64,000 bases of DNA from Azolla caroliniana (lineage: Eukaryota; Plantae; Polypodiophyta). The notes below the pieces were generated by a model. It ran no database searches, was not told the origin of the DNA, and saw only the letters and a program-made list of their open reading frames with translations. Below are positions 48,954 to 62,330 of the stretch, one piece after another. Position 1 is the first letter of the stretch. Each line of letters begins with the position of its first letter. The position numbers were made by a program, and so were the translations under genes. Where the stretch lies: assembly GCA_043228905.1 (NCBI GenBank), contig JBHGNT010000011.1:2666001-2730000 (forward strand). Direction: 5' to 3'.

Positions 48954-50817
48954 GGCTTCTGCTTCCTAAGCCTCTGCTTCCTCTCTGCTTCTGTTTCCTA
49001 AGCCTCTGCTTCTGCTTCTGCTTCTGCTTCTGCTTCTCATGAAGTAATGGAAGGAAGAGATGGACAAATCAAACAAAAATCTCTTTGGGGGATCATTAAT
49101 TCCTCCTTGTGGGCATGACATCATCATCACATGGTCCATACACATATGGAAATACTTGACACACAGGCCTCGAAAACTTGTCCACCCTCCCATGTGTGTC
49201 TCTCTGCACGTGCCTGTGTGTGTGTTATATGTCCATTGCAGAACATTGCCCAGTTAGTCGTCTGGCCGCGATTGACCCTATCCCGTGTTTTGCTCACATG
49301 CCTGCCTCCGATAGATGCCCTCACTTCGTCCTCCTGCCTGCCTTTGATCGACATCTCGTGGATTAGCACCACGGCTTTGTCCACCCCACTTGCCTGCCTG
49401 TCGCGGAATAGACAGCCCCCGAATCAATGGGGGTACAACCTCGCTTTGTCCTCCCATCTGCCCTCCATTCTTGCTGCTTCTCGTTTTACTTCGATCTTTC
49501 CTTGTGCTTTACTCACGCCTTCGATTCTCTCATTGTGCTTTGTCAGCCGATTGGGGCCAATGGGTACTACTTTGAGTTCTTGCTAGTTCCATGTTAAATT
49601 GACGCAAATTACGATTACATGATCACGTTTTTTACCTTTTTACGTAAACCCTATCCGTTCCCATGCACCAATTTGTTTTCACTCTTTAATTGCAAGGAAA
49701 TGGTGTACACTCTTTCATTTCATGTGTTAACCTTTTGTACGTCTTTTATGTCTCTCTCCTTTTTTTTGTGACTTCCCTTTGGCCTCCAGTATTTTTTTCT
49801 CTCATTATTGTATTGCATGTATGCATGTATTCAATGGAAGTGACATGACATGTATATTGTTAAAATGTGTCACACCAACTACATGCCTATCAACATTATC
49901 AATGGCATGTTGTTCTCCTTTTGCTCACAATGTTTGGAAGTGATGATATCCTCAACTAAAGTCAAATTCTTTGCAGCAATACCTTTGTTAACCCGTCAAT
50001 TTTCAAATGACTAAAAAGCATACTTTCATCATGGGAAAAATGATGGAAACTTGTTAAATCCCCCTCCTTAATGACACCTCTTTTGTAAACCACAAAAAAT
50101 TGGCATTGAAGAGGCCCTTCATCGTCAACAATAAGAAGTACATGGGCTTCATCTAAGGGCAATGTACTGTCAATCTTATTCCTTGATGCCCAAGTTTGAA
50201 TGTACCCTGTTTTGCCCTTAGTATTTTATTTTTCAGCAAACCAAATTCCATTCTTTCAAGGATCAAGGACTAGGTATTATTGCATGAAATTTGCAACCAA
50301 CGACAAAGCTAGTCTTCATTGGACAGATACTAATGTCCAGGATATTGTTCATAGAATCAACCAATAAAAGATAATCGAGGGACACATATTGTTTCAACAA
50401 AGTGGTGATGGTTCACAAATGGTGATTCAAGGATGATGCGATTGAATTCCCGAATTTGGTATGTTTTTTGTGACAACCAAGCCTACAGATTCAATGCGTA
50501 TGTGGTCGTCCGAGCCCATGGATGGGCGATCGTTTACACGTCTCATTTAAATGGGGAGTGACCCTTTGTTTGTACCTAAACGCAAAAGTACAACATTAGA
50601 CTAGCATGGAACAACCCATTAGGGCACTACCACCTAAAACGTTGTACTATAAGGAACACATCATGCACTTCTCTAAGTTAGGTTTTATTATACAACCAAA
50701 ATATCTAGATATGTTCTTACCAAATGCACTAAGGGTTATCATTAGATAACTTAGAGTATCATCTCACCAACTTGAGGTCGAGAATGATAGTGTTAATGAA
50801 GTCTGTAGAGAGGAAAT

Positions 50818-53800
50818 TGTTGGCATAAAAGGTCGACTCCTTCCACTTTGTATATTAAGTGTGAACACGTCTTTCAGTCAGGGCTTGAGTATATAAGCCC
50901 AACCCTAACATTGTAAAGAAATACTCAGAGCGTAAGAGCTTCAAAGTAAGAGAATAAGAACTTCCATTGAAGCTTAGAACGGTGTCCACCTCCTGTCTCT
51001 CTCTTCTCGCTTCATATATGTGTTGTTTGTTGTACATATCTTGAAGGTCCTCATACACATTCTTCCACATATTTGTTCATATACTCACATCAAGTGGTAT
51101 CAAAACGACCTCATTGTTCAGCGGCAATAATAAGCATAAAAGACTGAGAAGGGAAGCTATCCAGCTGAAAGAAAAGACCAAGTCAGCAACATCTACTTCT
51201 AGTAAAAGAATAGTGACACAATCCGGCACAAGTGTGGAAATCTGCAAGTTTGATGGTAAGAACTTCACCCTCCAGAAGGAAATGATGCAGGATGTACTCA
51301 TCATCCGACGACAGGTTGAAGCTATTGGGCACACTACAAAGCCAACTTCAATGGCAGCAAAAGAATGGTGGTCTATGGACGAAATATCCAGATCTACCAT
51401 TTGAATGCATATGGCCGAAAATGTCTATTTCAGCATGACCAAGGAGACAACAACATTCTCTTTGTGGGAGAAGTTATAGGTTGTGTACGAGAAGAAATCC
51501 TCCTCATCAAAGTTGATACTGATTTGACAGTTATTCAACATGAAGATGAGAGAGATAGATCCAACAACCTCCCACATCAACACCTTCAACCGGATGTTAT
51601 CTGAACTCTCCTCCCAAGGGATTAACTTCAAATAAGAAGTCAAAGCCCTTCCCCTCATTTCGAGCTTGCCGGCGAGTTGGGAGGTATTCTGCACAACCTT
51701 TGTCAATAGTTGTCTGAATCTAAATATAGATGAAACGATCGGACAAGTCCTCACTGAGGACATTAGGCGAAAATCGATGGGACTCACCATCGACGAGTCA
51801 GCAGAAGCCCACCACTCAACCAAGTAGAGCGATCCAGCCGATCGATAGAACAAGTCGAAAGAACTGGTTGGAGCACTAGTCAACAGAGGAAGAGGGGAGA
51901 CCGACATCGGTCGAAGTCGAGGAATAGTCGATCAAGTGACTTCTACAGTCATTGCAGAAAATTTGGTCACAATATTCCTGATTGCTGGTTGATCAAGAGG
52001 AAGGAGAGCGGTTCGCGATTTGAGCAGAACTCATGACGATCTGACTCGAACCGTTCTCTAGAAGACAACCAAATCAACGTTGTCGAATCACGACTAGGAG
52101 ACATTCTCTTTCTAGAGGACTCGATGATCGGAGAAGTCTTATACAATGCGCAAGACGCACAAATGTGGGTACTGGACTCAGGTGCCACATTTCACGTGAC
52201 CCTGAATATCGAATAATTTTCGAACTATTCGGCCGACTCCAACGACACTGTTAGACTAGGCAACGAGCAGGAGTGCGCAATCGTTGGGAGCGGAGATGCG
52301 CCAAATGGCAATACTATCACCCTACACCAAGTTCGCACGTACCCATGCTGAAAAGGAGTATGGTCTCCATCAGCATGTTGGTCAAAGCCAGTACAGAACG
52401 ACTCTCAATGAGTCGACATGGATGATCACCTGAGGAAATCTAAAAATCAGGAATGGATACAAGTACAATAACTTATACCCATTGATGGCGATCAGTTCAG
52501 AAGGGGCATTGAACATAACCGACTTACGAGACTCGAAATTATGGCATGGCCAACTCGACCATATGTCTCAAGCCGAACTAGACCGGTTGATGGTGATCAG
52601 CTACATCCCAAAGCTCCTTTTGTGAGCATTGTCGTTAAGGGAAACAGACCCGAAGTCCGCACTCTCTCCACTATGAGACAATATGGCAACCCCTATAACT
52701 GGTCCACACATATATATGTGGACCGATGGTCGAAAGGTCACTAGAGGCTCTTAGTACTTCATCACATTCGTAGATGACTGTACACGGAAGGTCTAGGCCT
52801 ACTCGATTAGGTCGAAAGATGAAGCGCTCGAGGTCTTCTCTTGGTGGTTAGCCGAAGTGGAGAACCAATCAGGACACTGAGTGAAAACACTCTAGTCCGA
52901 CAACGGAGATAAATATACCTCCCGAGCCTTCAAAAAATGCCTTCGTGACAAAGGGATTCGACATCAAAAGACTGTTCCTTATACCCCCATGTGAAATGGA
53001 GTGGTAGAACGGATCAACCAGACGATCTAGGAGAGGGTGACGACAATGCTCTAACACTCTAGACTAACGTTGGAATTCTAGGCCGAGGCACTGCAGACGA
53101 CCGTCTACTTGATAAATTTATTACCGTTGAAAGCAGTGCGGCTCGAAGTGCCACAAGCGCTATGGTCAGCCAAAACACCGACTTAACAGGCTTCAAACAT
53201 TCGGATGTGAAGCATATGCATTCATCCCCAAGGAGAAGAGGACCAAGTTGGCGACCCATGCAACAAAATGCATATTTCTCGGTTACGGAACCAATGGGGA
53301 GTTCAACTATAGGTTGTGGGACCTAGAGAACAGGAAATTGATAAGGAGTATTGACGTCGCCTTCAATGAAGACTCGATTCTCTCTGTGCAGAACTAGCAG
53401 AAAATAGTCAACAAAAAGGTTTCCTTCAAAATCGACAGAGATGTCGTAGAAGGACCAACCCACTGAGCCGAACAGGCGATTCGACAAATATTCGAAGAAA
53501 GCCAAGCTAGCAACTACTTTGCTAAATCCGAATCGGCAAAAGGTCCACTAGTCGAAATAGATTTGACTAAGAGATTGACAAGAGGTGAAAGAGACAGAGT
53601 CGAAACGACCAAATCACCCAAATAGGCCAAGGCACCAAAAGGTCACATAGAACCAACCAAGGCACCAACCAATTCGTCAATCAATCCCGAAGAAGGGGAG
53701 GATGACTCGACATCGCCGAAATCCTATTGTAGGGGCGAGTCATCCAATAGGACTCCTGAAGATGGTTCAAGTAATACCGATTGGCCAAGTGAGCCGATTG

Positions 53801-54465
53801 AAGAAATTGAATCAACAAAATCGGCACCCAGGAGATCTGGACGAGTTTGAAGGCCGACAAAGTTCTATCAACTGGGCCTCGACTTTGCAACTACACAGGT
53901 GTAGGCGAACCAAGCTATAGTCGCGCCAGACGTTGACAAGCCATGAAATCCGAGGTGGACTCTATTCATCAGAATCAAACATGGGAGGTGGTTAAACTAC
54001 CAATTGGACGGAAGTTGTTGCCCTGCAAATGGGTCTTCAAATACAAATATGTATCTTACTCAGAGAAACCCAAATACAAAGCTCGGCTCGTCGCAAAGGA
54101 TTCCAAACAAGAACATGGGGTTGACTACAACAAGATATTCTCACCAGTAATCAAGATGACCACCCTTCAGCTCCTACTTGGAGCCATGGCGACTGAAGAC
54201 CTAGAACTCGAGTAGTTGGACGTCAAGACGACAATCCTACATGGAGATCTGGAAGAAGACATCTACATGTCTCAACTAGAAGGCTTGACGGCGATAGGGG
54301 AGGAAGGTCACCTCGTATGTTGACTAAAGAAAAGCCTTTATGGCTTAAAACAAGCGCCAAGGATGTGGTACCAAAAGTTCAACTCCTACATCCGGCAGCT
54401 TGGCTACCACCGGTCTGACTCCGACCCATGCATGTATATTCAGCAACTAGCCGACGAATCCTATA
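50818..54465 (+). mobile_element. 3'-truncated degenerate Ty1/copia (Tork-like): LTR 50818-51092, tRNA-iMet PBS 51095-51106, gag-PR-INT-partial RT
   Basis: TG...CA LTR then TGGTATCAAAAC; EICKFDGKNF gag, CCHC at ~51945, WVLDSGATFH, FVDDCTRKV, KWVFKYK..KARLVAK, LDVKT..LHGDL, YGLKQAPRMWY; many stops and frameshifts. Confidence 0.92.
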
Positions 54466-54602
54466 GAAGACATTAATATATCTTTCTTTCTTCTGTTTCT
54501 TTTCTATGTTTGTAATTAGCTTTACCCTAAAGGTAAATTATTATACTACTAACAGTACGTCTTGGGTTCGAAACCGAAATTTCTCACCTCTATTACTTCA
54601 CA

Positions 54603-54637
<35 letters not shown>

Positions 54638-55999
54638 GAGCACAAAGAAACCGTTAACCAACTCTTCTTGCTTCTTCGCCATCGCTGCTTTTTCTCTGTC
54701 TCTCTGTCTCTCCTGCACACAGACGTATGCTCCTCGCCACGGATCCTCCTGCCGTCGCGAATTTCGGACTTGCTCCATCCATGCTCTCCAGTCTCCATCT
54801 CTCTTACCCCCTCCCTTCATCGCCAGAATCGCCATCGCCATCGCCATCACCTTCATCTTCACCTTCGTCTTCAGCATCGTCCTCATCCTTCTGATTCTCC
54901 GCCGCTACATCATTATACCACGTCCTATCATTCTCTGCCACGATGCACCGTCTGCGTGTACCAGTGAGCAGCACGCTGTAAGGTAAAGCTCTAACCTCCC
55001 GTTTCATGTACGTTTCCGTTTCTCCTTCCCGTTTCATTGCATACTTTGTCCTTCAAGTCTCAGCGATTTGGTTCAAATTGACGCTGACATAGGATTTTGT
55101 GCAGAATCTGTAATTAAAGAACGCATAATATTCCTTATGTTGTCTTAATAACTTCCGCTACTATGCCACCTCTTCTCTGTCAATTCTACAAGAGACATGG
55201 TATGTTTCTCTTTTTTCCTGTATTTTTTGCATCTAAAATGAGATATTTGGTGCGAGCTTTTATCTGATCATTTATGCGCAGGAAACGTAAAATAACAATA
55301 TACTGTAAATGGACGCAGCCGTATGTTTTCCCATTCATTTTCTTAAAGTTTCCAAATACATTTGCTGGTGGAGCGATTTCATACCAAATGTTTTCTAGAG
55401 CCTGTTTCGGAAACGTAAAGAGAAACGGTATCAAAGTGGATGCAGCGTGTTTCCTCATTTACTTGATAATTCTTTCACGTTTTTTGCACACCTTGGCATC
55501 CCAGGTCAAAAGTTTGATGTAGAAAGTTCATGCGTGATTCTGTGCAGGGATTGTACTAAAAGAATGTAAATAGAAGAGATTCTGCCTCAAGGGGAAACGA
55601 GAGGAAATCTATTTTGTAAGCACATCAAGGATGTTGAGCGATAGACATTAAAATTGGAATCTTTCATCTTTAAAGTACTTCAGAAAAGAATTGGTTCAAA
55701 GATCATCCGTGCAAAGAAATACTGTTTGGTCAATAGACATTTGTTTGATTTTCATCAACAATTCTTTTACCATGTGCATAAATTGGAATCCCAGATTAGG
55801 CATTTGATACAAAATTTGAAAGAATGTAACTAGATAGATTGTAGATTTTGCTTAAAGAGAAGGAGAGAGTAATTACATTTTGATCATGCTGTTTTAACTT
55901 ATACTACATCCAATATCTGCATGCTTTACCATCCACGAGTATTAGAGTGTGTTGTAGAATGCTTATTGTCTCCTGATTTTTTGCAGAAACCACAAAGGG

Positions 56000-56182
56000 A
56001 TGCATGAAATGGAGAAGATGTTTCAACAGGAAGAGAAAGAGAGATCATTATCATGTGAGCAAGTAGTTGAAGAGAAACAAGAGGCAATGGTGATGAAAAA
56101 TAGGTTTCTCAAGCATACTATTGAAAATCCACAGCTCAATCAGTATTGGTATTCTGCTCATACTATCTCTGTCCTTGTTAAG
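56000..56182 (+). CDS. First coding exon of a putative N6AMT2/EEF1AKMT1-like protein methyltransferase; probable 5' UTR exon ends at 54982, and later exons appear to lie beyond the window
   Basis: Acceptor TTTTGCAG at 55986, ATG at 56000, ENPQLNQYWYSAHTISVLVK (family motif E..xLxQ(F/Y)WYS), donor AAG|GTACGT. CT-rich leader at 54590-54982 ends G|GTAAAG. Confidence 0.6.
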
Positions 56183-56899
56183 GTACGTTTTCTCCTCTTA
56201 ACAAGCAAAACAAACAACGTTCGTTTGTGTTAATATTCTGTTTTAGACGTTTCATGCTTGGTCTCTCAGGATTGATCGTTTCCAAAAATGTATATTGGCA
56301 TATTTATGGTAATGATACACACATGTATGTATGCATGTGTGTGTGTGTGTATGTCAGTGTCAAGTGTTAGTTTCAGTGTAAATAAGAGAGGACTTGTGCA
56401 TGTCTATCTATATAGTAAATAAGAGAAAACTTATGCATGTCTATCTATATATAGGATTCTTATTATTGTGAAAAGTGCTACGTTGTTGAATTATTCAATA
56501 ACAGCTTAGAACTAGATTACAACTTTAATTATATGTACTTAATACACACTTATACATAATGAATTTCCAGAACTTATATTATGATCAATTTCAGATAGCA
56601 AACATGTCCAATCATGCTGGCATAACAAAGTTGAGATGTCACATTACCACAAAGTTGCTCCGTAGTTCATGACAAAGTCACTTACAGAATGCCCATTCAA
56701 TTATTATTGTAGTTTCTACTTTTCCAGATCCTACTTTCTTATAAATTTAATGACCCTTGATGAGCAGACACGCCTCTGTAATCGGATTCATGCTACTCCT
56801 AGTATATCAACACTATTAGTGAATAATACTAATTCTCTAACTAATAATACATTTGCATGCCTCTGTGATAATTCACAGCCTCATAGTCCTCCAGTCTAA

Positions 56900-59000
56900 A
56901 TGCTAACAACATCATAATAATTGAGAACAGTTAGCTGAATGTCCAACTAGGTAGATTCTTGCAATGATCATCGAAGTAGATTGCGATCTCTAGCCAATTG
57001 ACCACAAGCCGCATTGTTTGTGCAACTTGCATCAAATCCCTCGTGCACTTTTTGACCCCTCTTGATTTTTTTGCTATAGTATCAAACATTTCCCTCTATA
57101 TGTGCCTGATTTTGGTTGTGTTCGTATTATGTTGGATCCTCCATTTGATGTTCCTTCACGAACTTCCAATCATCATAAATGTAAAGCAGACTCATGGTGT
57201 CGCTACTTTTTCCCTTTTGTGACATTTCTCCAAGGTTAAGAAATGTTTTTCCTGATCCGACTTTTTGGTTGTGATTGCGTTGAGCTTTTCAACTTAGATC
57301 TTCCTCCTTCTGAGCACTCCTTTGAGTGGTCCTATATCGTCCTCTTGCTCCTGAGCTATAGTATCAAACATTTCCCTCTATATGTGCCTGATTTTGGTTG
57401 TACACCATTGTTCGTATTACATTGGATCCTCCATTTGATGTTCCATCACGAACTTCCAGTCATCATAAATGTAAAGCAGACTCATGGTGTCACTACTTTT
57501 TCCCTTTTGAGACATTTCTCCAAGGTTAAGAAATGTTTTTCCTGATCTGACTTTTTGGTTGTGATTGCGTTGAGCTTTTCAACTTAGATCTTCCTCCTTC
57601 TGAGCACTCCTTTGAGTGGTCCTATATCGTCGTCTTGCTCCTGAGCTAATGAGGTTTTTGTTTCCCCTCACTACCCTTTCCATTTGGGTTGTTTCCACCA
57701 CAGCCAGAACCTGATTACTGATCCAGCGGATCATATAGAATGTCTCCTTACATTTTTATTAAACTCCATTGCCAAATTGAGTGTTGATGTGGTCTCAGTT
57801 GATACGATGCTTCTTTAAGGTGACTCTTTTGTGATTCTTTTACACACACCTTTCTCCAGTCTTCTAGTTCTTTTATTGCCGTTCCTGCTTGCGCTGAGGA
57901 TGTTGTTCCCCCTCACTCTACCAAATTTGTTTGGGTCTTTTCCACCACAGAGAGCGCCTGGCCATCAATTTGGTGGATAATATTGAATGTAGTCCTTCAT
58001 ACATTCACTTTAAGTCCAGCTTTACCAGTGTAATTGTTGGCAAGGTCTTTCAATTCTATGCTTCTTTAAGCTGACTCTTCTTAAATTCCTTTACTCCCAC
58101 ATTCGTGCTCCCTTTTCTTGTTCTCCATTGTCACCCCTTCTCATACCACTCTCTTGTGCCTGACCAGTTCCTGCAAATCTTGTCTGGGATGGGAGGAAAT
58201 ATTCCTGAATGCCGCTAAAGTGGCTGCAGGTTATGTTTCCACAAGCCAATAGGTGAGGCCAGTCCAGAAAGAAGTTCCCAATCTCTGGAACCAATTATGA
58301 AAGCGAATTCCAATGCAGCTCAGATTCCCGTGATCAGGGAACATAAAGAAAATTCAATGAAGCATCCTGAGAAGCGACTAACAAATGTGGAGAAGACTGT
58401 GGTTCATGCAGAAGGTGTGTTCTAAGTGAAGTAGATTGGGCCTGCCCTGCAAAGACAAAATGGAAAGATCTGGAATGACAATGGAATGAGAAGATGTGTG
58501 AGGTGTAAAGGCCCGTAGTTCACAAATTAGGTAATTATTCGTATATGTGAACACATTGTTCACCTGGACAGGACACCTCCTTTTGTAATGTGAACACACC
58601 TCTTTCTTTGTAGGGTTAACTAATATAATAGCCTTTTTTCTTGTGTACCAATCAAGGCGGTTGGGTACACCCAAAAATTTGTGTCTCTACTCTCTGTTTG
58701 CTGAACATCATCCCTCAATAACTGCTCCCTCAAACATCCCTCTTTACCATTAAGATGTGCGGAAGGACTGGAGACCACCATAATACCATAATTAGTGGAG
58801 ATAAAGGCAATAAGATCATCCTCAAGAAAGGAACAATCAGTTAGAGTAAAGGGCTCACCGAGAAGACAATGAACCAAAGCTGATAGTATTCAGGGATACA
58901 TATATATCCAAGGATAACGCTGTACCTCAAATAGAGGCAATTATAAAACTTCCGACAAATGAAGTCAAGAGGTCAGGTAGGACAAGACTTGGCCACGATG
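56900..59000 (-). mobile_element. Possible highly decayed L1-type LINE 5' region (ORF1 and endonuclease start)
   Basis: Weak knuckle-like C..H.KR.CP at ~58570 and ARG...SLQE-like at ~56960-57050; A-rich minus strand. Confidence 0.3.
57073..57648. repeat. ~285-bp near-perfect tandem duplication
   Basis: GCTATAGTATCAAACATTTCCCTCTATATGTGCC at ~57073 and ~57355; both units end CTCCTGAGCTA. Confidence 0.92.
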
Positions 59001-60004
59001 TACTCCACAAATTGGTAGAAGCAGTCATAAAGGAAATTACTAGTTAACTTCAAAAAAACATGTGAAACTGCTGGCATCCTTTCATGAGACCCTTTAGACT
59101 CATCCACGGCGTCCAGTCAAGAGAAACTTGTGATAATCCATAATATTTATATTATATCTTAACACCCCCGTAATATAAATTTTCTGGATCTTCTTTTCAT
59201 CAATACAATTTGAGCTTTGTGTAGTGTTGCTAATATTTTTATTATCACTCTAGTTGTTTAAGAAAGTCCGCCCATGTTATAGTTGTTCAAATATAGTGTA
59301 GGTCGAGTTCTTTCATTTCGATAAGATCTCTTTGAAGTGGTTCTTAGGCTTTAGATGTTTATTTTGATAGTTAGCTTGAGATTTACGATAAAATTAATAC
59401 AAGATTGATTGTCACAACATATTTTTATATGCAACAACTTTATTACATAAAGTTCTTATGGAATACTATAATTAAGCCATAAACTTTCTTTTGCCGCTAG
59501 TGCATGGTTACATACACTGTATTGGTGGATGATACCACCCATGTAGTTTGGTTCTTTGTTCTCCATGATACGGTGCCATAGGTGATCATGCTAACCATTT
59601 CAAAAGTAGAATGGGTCGAGTCGATGTCTCCCCCCCAAATCGGAATGCATCCCTCCATGAAGAGGTGAGGTGAGACATCCCGTCAAGTTGTTACCGTACG
59701 AGATGTACGGAGATTATAAGTATTATGAGGGTGAAAGACTATAGTGTTGTGTGAATGTGTTATGTGCACGAGAACGAGTATGAGTGTAAGTGCGAGTATA
59801 TGCGTATGTAAACACATGCACATGTGTGTGCATGTGGACAGATAGGAAAGGGTGTGAGTGAATGATATGTGTGGATGGCTTGAGGGGGCATGCACCCCTA
59901 TGTATCTAACCCTCATTGTACTATTTAACCCCCTTATGGGGCATGAAATGAATATGAAGAAACCATCTCTCAATTTCTCTCTCTCTTTGACGTCTATTTC
60001 ATCA

Positions 60005-61180
60005 TTCTTGGTGTGTATGTGGAGGATCTTCCAGTAGCCTCAAATAGCATTGAAGCACTCTACTCGACAACTATAACAAGCATTTCAGGTGAAAGATTAG
60101 GCCTGATGGAGTATTGCCTTGGCATGAAAGTAGCTCACAACTATTCAAGGAAAATTTTAGAATTTCTCAAAAGAAGCTAATTGAGAAATATTTCAAAAAT
60201 ATGAAATGCAGGAGCGCAACGTGATTTTGACACCAATATTCATGGTTCCATGTTTAAGTTATCAATTAATGGTAGTCCTATGTCACAAGAAGAAGTCAAA
60301 TTCATGAAGACCATCCCTTCTAAAAAATACAAAGTTTTTGCTATAAGTTGCACAAGGTCCCAATGCATCATTTAGTGTTTGGCTACCCTCTCTAGGTTTA
60401 GGCAAAACCTCAACACATTGGGTAACTCTCAAGAGAGTGATGAGGTACATTAAGTACACAAAAGTAATGGTAATCACCTCTCCAATCTTGGAAGTTGTCC
60501 CCATGTGAAGGATGACTCACCTCATCAAGGATGGATGAGTTCTGATTTGGAGGGTAGATGTGGGTTTGTGTTGTTCTACTTCTAGTATGGTTTCCAGGTT
60601 CGCGGATGGTGCCATATCATGGAGACTGAAGAAGCAAACTATAATGACATTAACATCCATTGAAGTGGAGCATGTTCCTGTGGCACTAGTATTGAAAGAA
60701 TATTATTGCTTAAATGTTTTCTAAGGAACTTAATGTAATAAAATTTGCTGCATATAAAAATGTATTGTGATAATCAATCTTGTATTCAAATGGCCATAAA
60801 TCCTAAGCTCACCAATCAAAATAAACACATTAGGCCAAGCACCACTTTATACGAGATTTCTTGAAATGAAAGAGCTCAAGCTTCACTTTACTTCAACAAC
60901 TACAATGTGGGCTGGCTTTCTTACACACAAAAAATGTTAGTAGCTCAGATTTATATCTACAACGAAGAGAAAACCCAGAATATCAATATAATTGGGAAGG
61001 TGTTAAGATATAATATAAATATTAACATCTATATTAGTAAAGAAAGGAAATATGTGTTGTTATTAGTAAAGACATTTTGTTTTCACTTTTTTTGTGCACA
61101 TTTTTAGTCATCGTTACAAGTCAACATTGTAACCATTGAATAACATCATCTATACAACACACTATTTACACGATCCTACA
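60005..61180 (+). mobile_element. Degenerate copia RT/RNase H with probable PPT and LTR remnant
   Basis: GVYVEDL, LG.MEYCLGMKV, ISWRLKKQ, MYCDNQSCIQMAINP; GGGAAGG then TGTTAAG at ~61000. Confidence 0.75.
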
Positions 61181-61189
61181 CGTGCCTAG

Positions 61190-62330
61190 GAGTGACATTC
61201 ACAAGGCCTTGGTTCTCCTAATGGGAGGCTGCTTGTGCTCGACTTTGTTCACATATGTAGTTCCAAGAGAAACTATATTGTGGTTATTTGGTACACGTGT
61301 CACATCAACTCTTCTCTATGGAGTAGAAATTTGGGGACTAGAGCTAAGTCTTGACAAGGCAAAAAACTGCAAAGAGTCTTAATGATTGCTCTCATGATAA
61401 GGAGCAGGCATCGGTGCTTTGGATATAATCTGAGTAGAGATGGGAGCAGCTCCAATAATCATCGAGGCATTATTTTGATTAGTGACCAACATCCGATGAC
61501 TTTACGGGTTCCCTAAATAGAAGGTACTCAAGGTTGGCATGCATGTCATCGAAACAACTTGTTGAACATTGAGATTGTTTTGTTGAAATGCAACAATGGT
61601 ACAAATCACATGGCAAAAGCATACATGCACTACCCCATTCTAATATAGCTTGGATTGTCCCTATCTAAACATGACCAAAGTGGAAGAAGTAGAGTGATTT
61701 GAATTGATATTCTTTTCAACTTGGAAAACAAAATAGCATGGATCAGCCCTAAAACATCTCTTGGTTGGAAGATGGCCCACTATAAGACAATTTTTCTCCA
61801 GCCCTCTTATATGGACATGCATTCTGTAGTGCGATAAGCCAGCTGCCAACTTCTTCACATCAGTTAGAGTTTGACATAGGCAAATATGCATGCATAATAC
61901 CTATAGAGGAAAGAATTTGATGATTGTGTCATCAAGGAGTGGAATCTAAATAACACAATGGTTGTCATTGTACTATTTTTTATGAAATAAGTGTGAGATT
62001 CCATCGCCCTTTAAGCAAAGCTTGGACCCACCACACAAGGTAATGGAATATGAAGACCAACAGTGCCTAGGGCTTTTCTTGCTAGAACTTAAGAGACACA
62101 TTTGGGCAGTAGCAAGTTGTCATGAATGTAGGCCCTGAACTTGTGAACCACAATCTCACTACCCTTGTCATTGATAGATAAAGGCCATTATCTCCTGCCG
62201 TCATAGGTGCTTCCCTTGCTTCAGAGATCTCTACATTCTTGATCGACCAATGCTAGAGATCTTTCAAAGACAAAAATTACAATATATCTGACTCGAGAAT
62301 CTTACATGTATAGACAACAAGATTCTTTAG
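61190..62330 (+). mobile_element. LINE 3' fragment, same family as 40330-42960
   Basis: LWLFGTRVTSTLLYGVEIWG matches LWLLDMLLSPTLLCGVEISG of the intronic LINE. Confidence 0.75.
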
